Assembly: GCA_031416315.1 (NCBI GenBank)
Contig: JANOTL010000032.1
Coordinates: forward strand, 1-46,248
From: Pseudomonadota bacterium
Lineage (GTDB): Bacteria; Bdellovibrionota_B; Oligoflexia; Oligoflexales; CAIYRB01
DNA length: 46,248 bases
Direction: 5' to 3'
Part shown: positions 45,854-46,248 of the stretch, piece by piece
How the letters are laid out: every line of letters starts with the position of its first letter
Numbering within the stretch: the first letter of the stretch is position 1
Notes under the pieces: model-generated
Told to the model about the DNA's origin: nothing
The model's database searches: none
The model's input: only the letters and a program-made list of their open reading frames with translations
Made by a program: the position numbers and the translations under genes

Positions 45854-46248
45854 ATGAGACAGGACTACCCAAAACTCAACTTCGTGCTGCTGCTGCTGCT
45901 GGCGCTGATGGTCGGCTGCGCGAAGAAGAACAAGTCCGAGCCTGATGACGGCCGCGAGCCGTTGGGCGTCGTGGTGGTCTCGAATGGTGGCGGCGGCGGC
46001 GGCGGGATCGTGAAGACGCGGCAAAAAGTGCCGATCTCGTTTCAGAGCTCAAGCAGCAGCGGTGGCCTGTCGCTGTACCAAGCGGCGACTGCGTTCTCGC
46101 TCACGATGACGGGGTGTACGTCCGGCTACGGCGCGACCGTCAGCGAGGCGAACCTCGATGGTATCGAGGTGTACGCATACGACCGCAACTGCCTCGCGCG
46201 GCTGACGCAATTCACCTTGGGCGGGAAGGTCTACGTGCCGACCGTGGC
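45854..46248 (+). CDS. lipoprotein, 3' truncated by window edge (not in ORF track)
   Basis: MRQDYPKLNFVLLLLLALMVGCAKK lipobox. The frame stays open to the window end. Confidence 0.8.
   Translation, partial: MRQDYPKLNFVLLLLLALMVGCAKKNKSEPDDGREPLGVVVVSNGGGGGGGIVKTRQKVPISFQSSSSSGGLSLYQAATAFSLTMTGCTSGYGATVSEANLDGIEVYAYDRNCLARLTQFTLGGKVYVPTV

Noticed and set aside
1..46248. Many long alternative-frame or antisense ORFs (e.g. 4628-6109+, 13514-14986+, 41546-43483+, 44379-45710+)
   Set aside because: They are shadows of real genes, as expected in high-GC DNA. They are Arg/Ala/Pro-rich or antisense translations with no recognisable motifs.

Overview
A high-GC chromosomal window with about 45 densely packed genes. 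I found no rRNA, tRNA or CRISPR array. Housekeeping genes are scattered through it: the 3' part of recQ, darP/yjgA, an RluA-family synthase, slyX, tag, threonine aldolase, a Zn alcohol dehydrogenase and a molybdopterin oxidoreductase. They are interleaved with many orphan lipoprotein and secreted-protein genes. This mix, plus a TIGR02147/DUF4423-like HTH gene, suggests Bdellovibrionota/Oligoflexia or a similar predator-like lineage (inference only). There is one complete ~1 kb IS1-like element with perfect 20-bp inverted repeats and a duplicated target. The most notable observations are: (1) a recurring sigma28-like motif, T(C/A)AAG-N16-CCG(A/T), in front of five exported-protein genes; (2) an apparently autoregulated XRE + stand-alone Lon N-domain operon with twin palindromic operators and a probable non-ATG start; (3) an OhrR-like regulator coupled to a secreted, truncated catalase-fold protein instead of Ohr; (4) a eukaryote-like PRMT-type methyltransferase; (5) a SelO-like pseudokinase with altered catalytic motifs; (6) a DUF455 diiron/ATP-grasp fusion. 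All family calls come from motif recognition by eye; no database searches were run.
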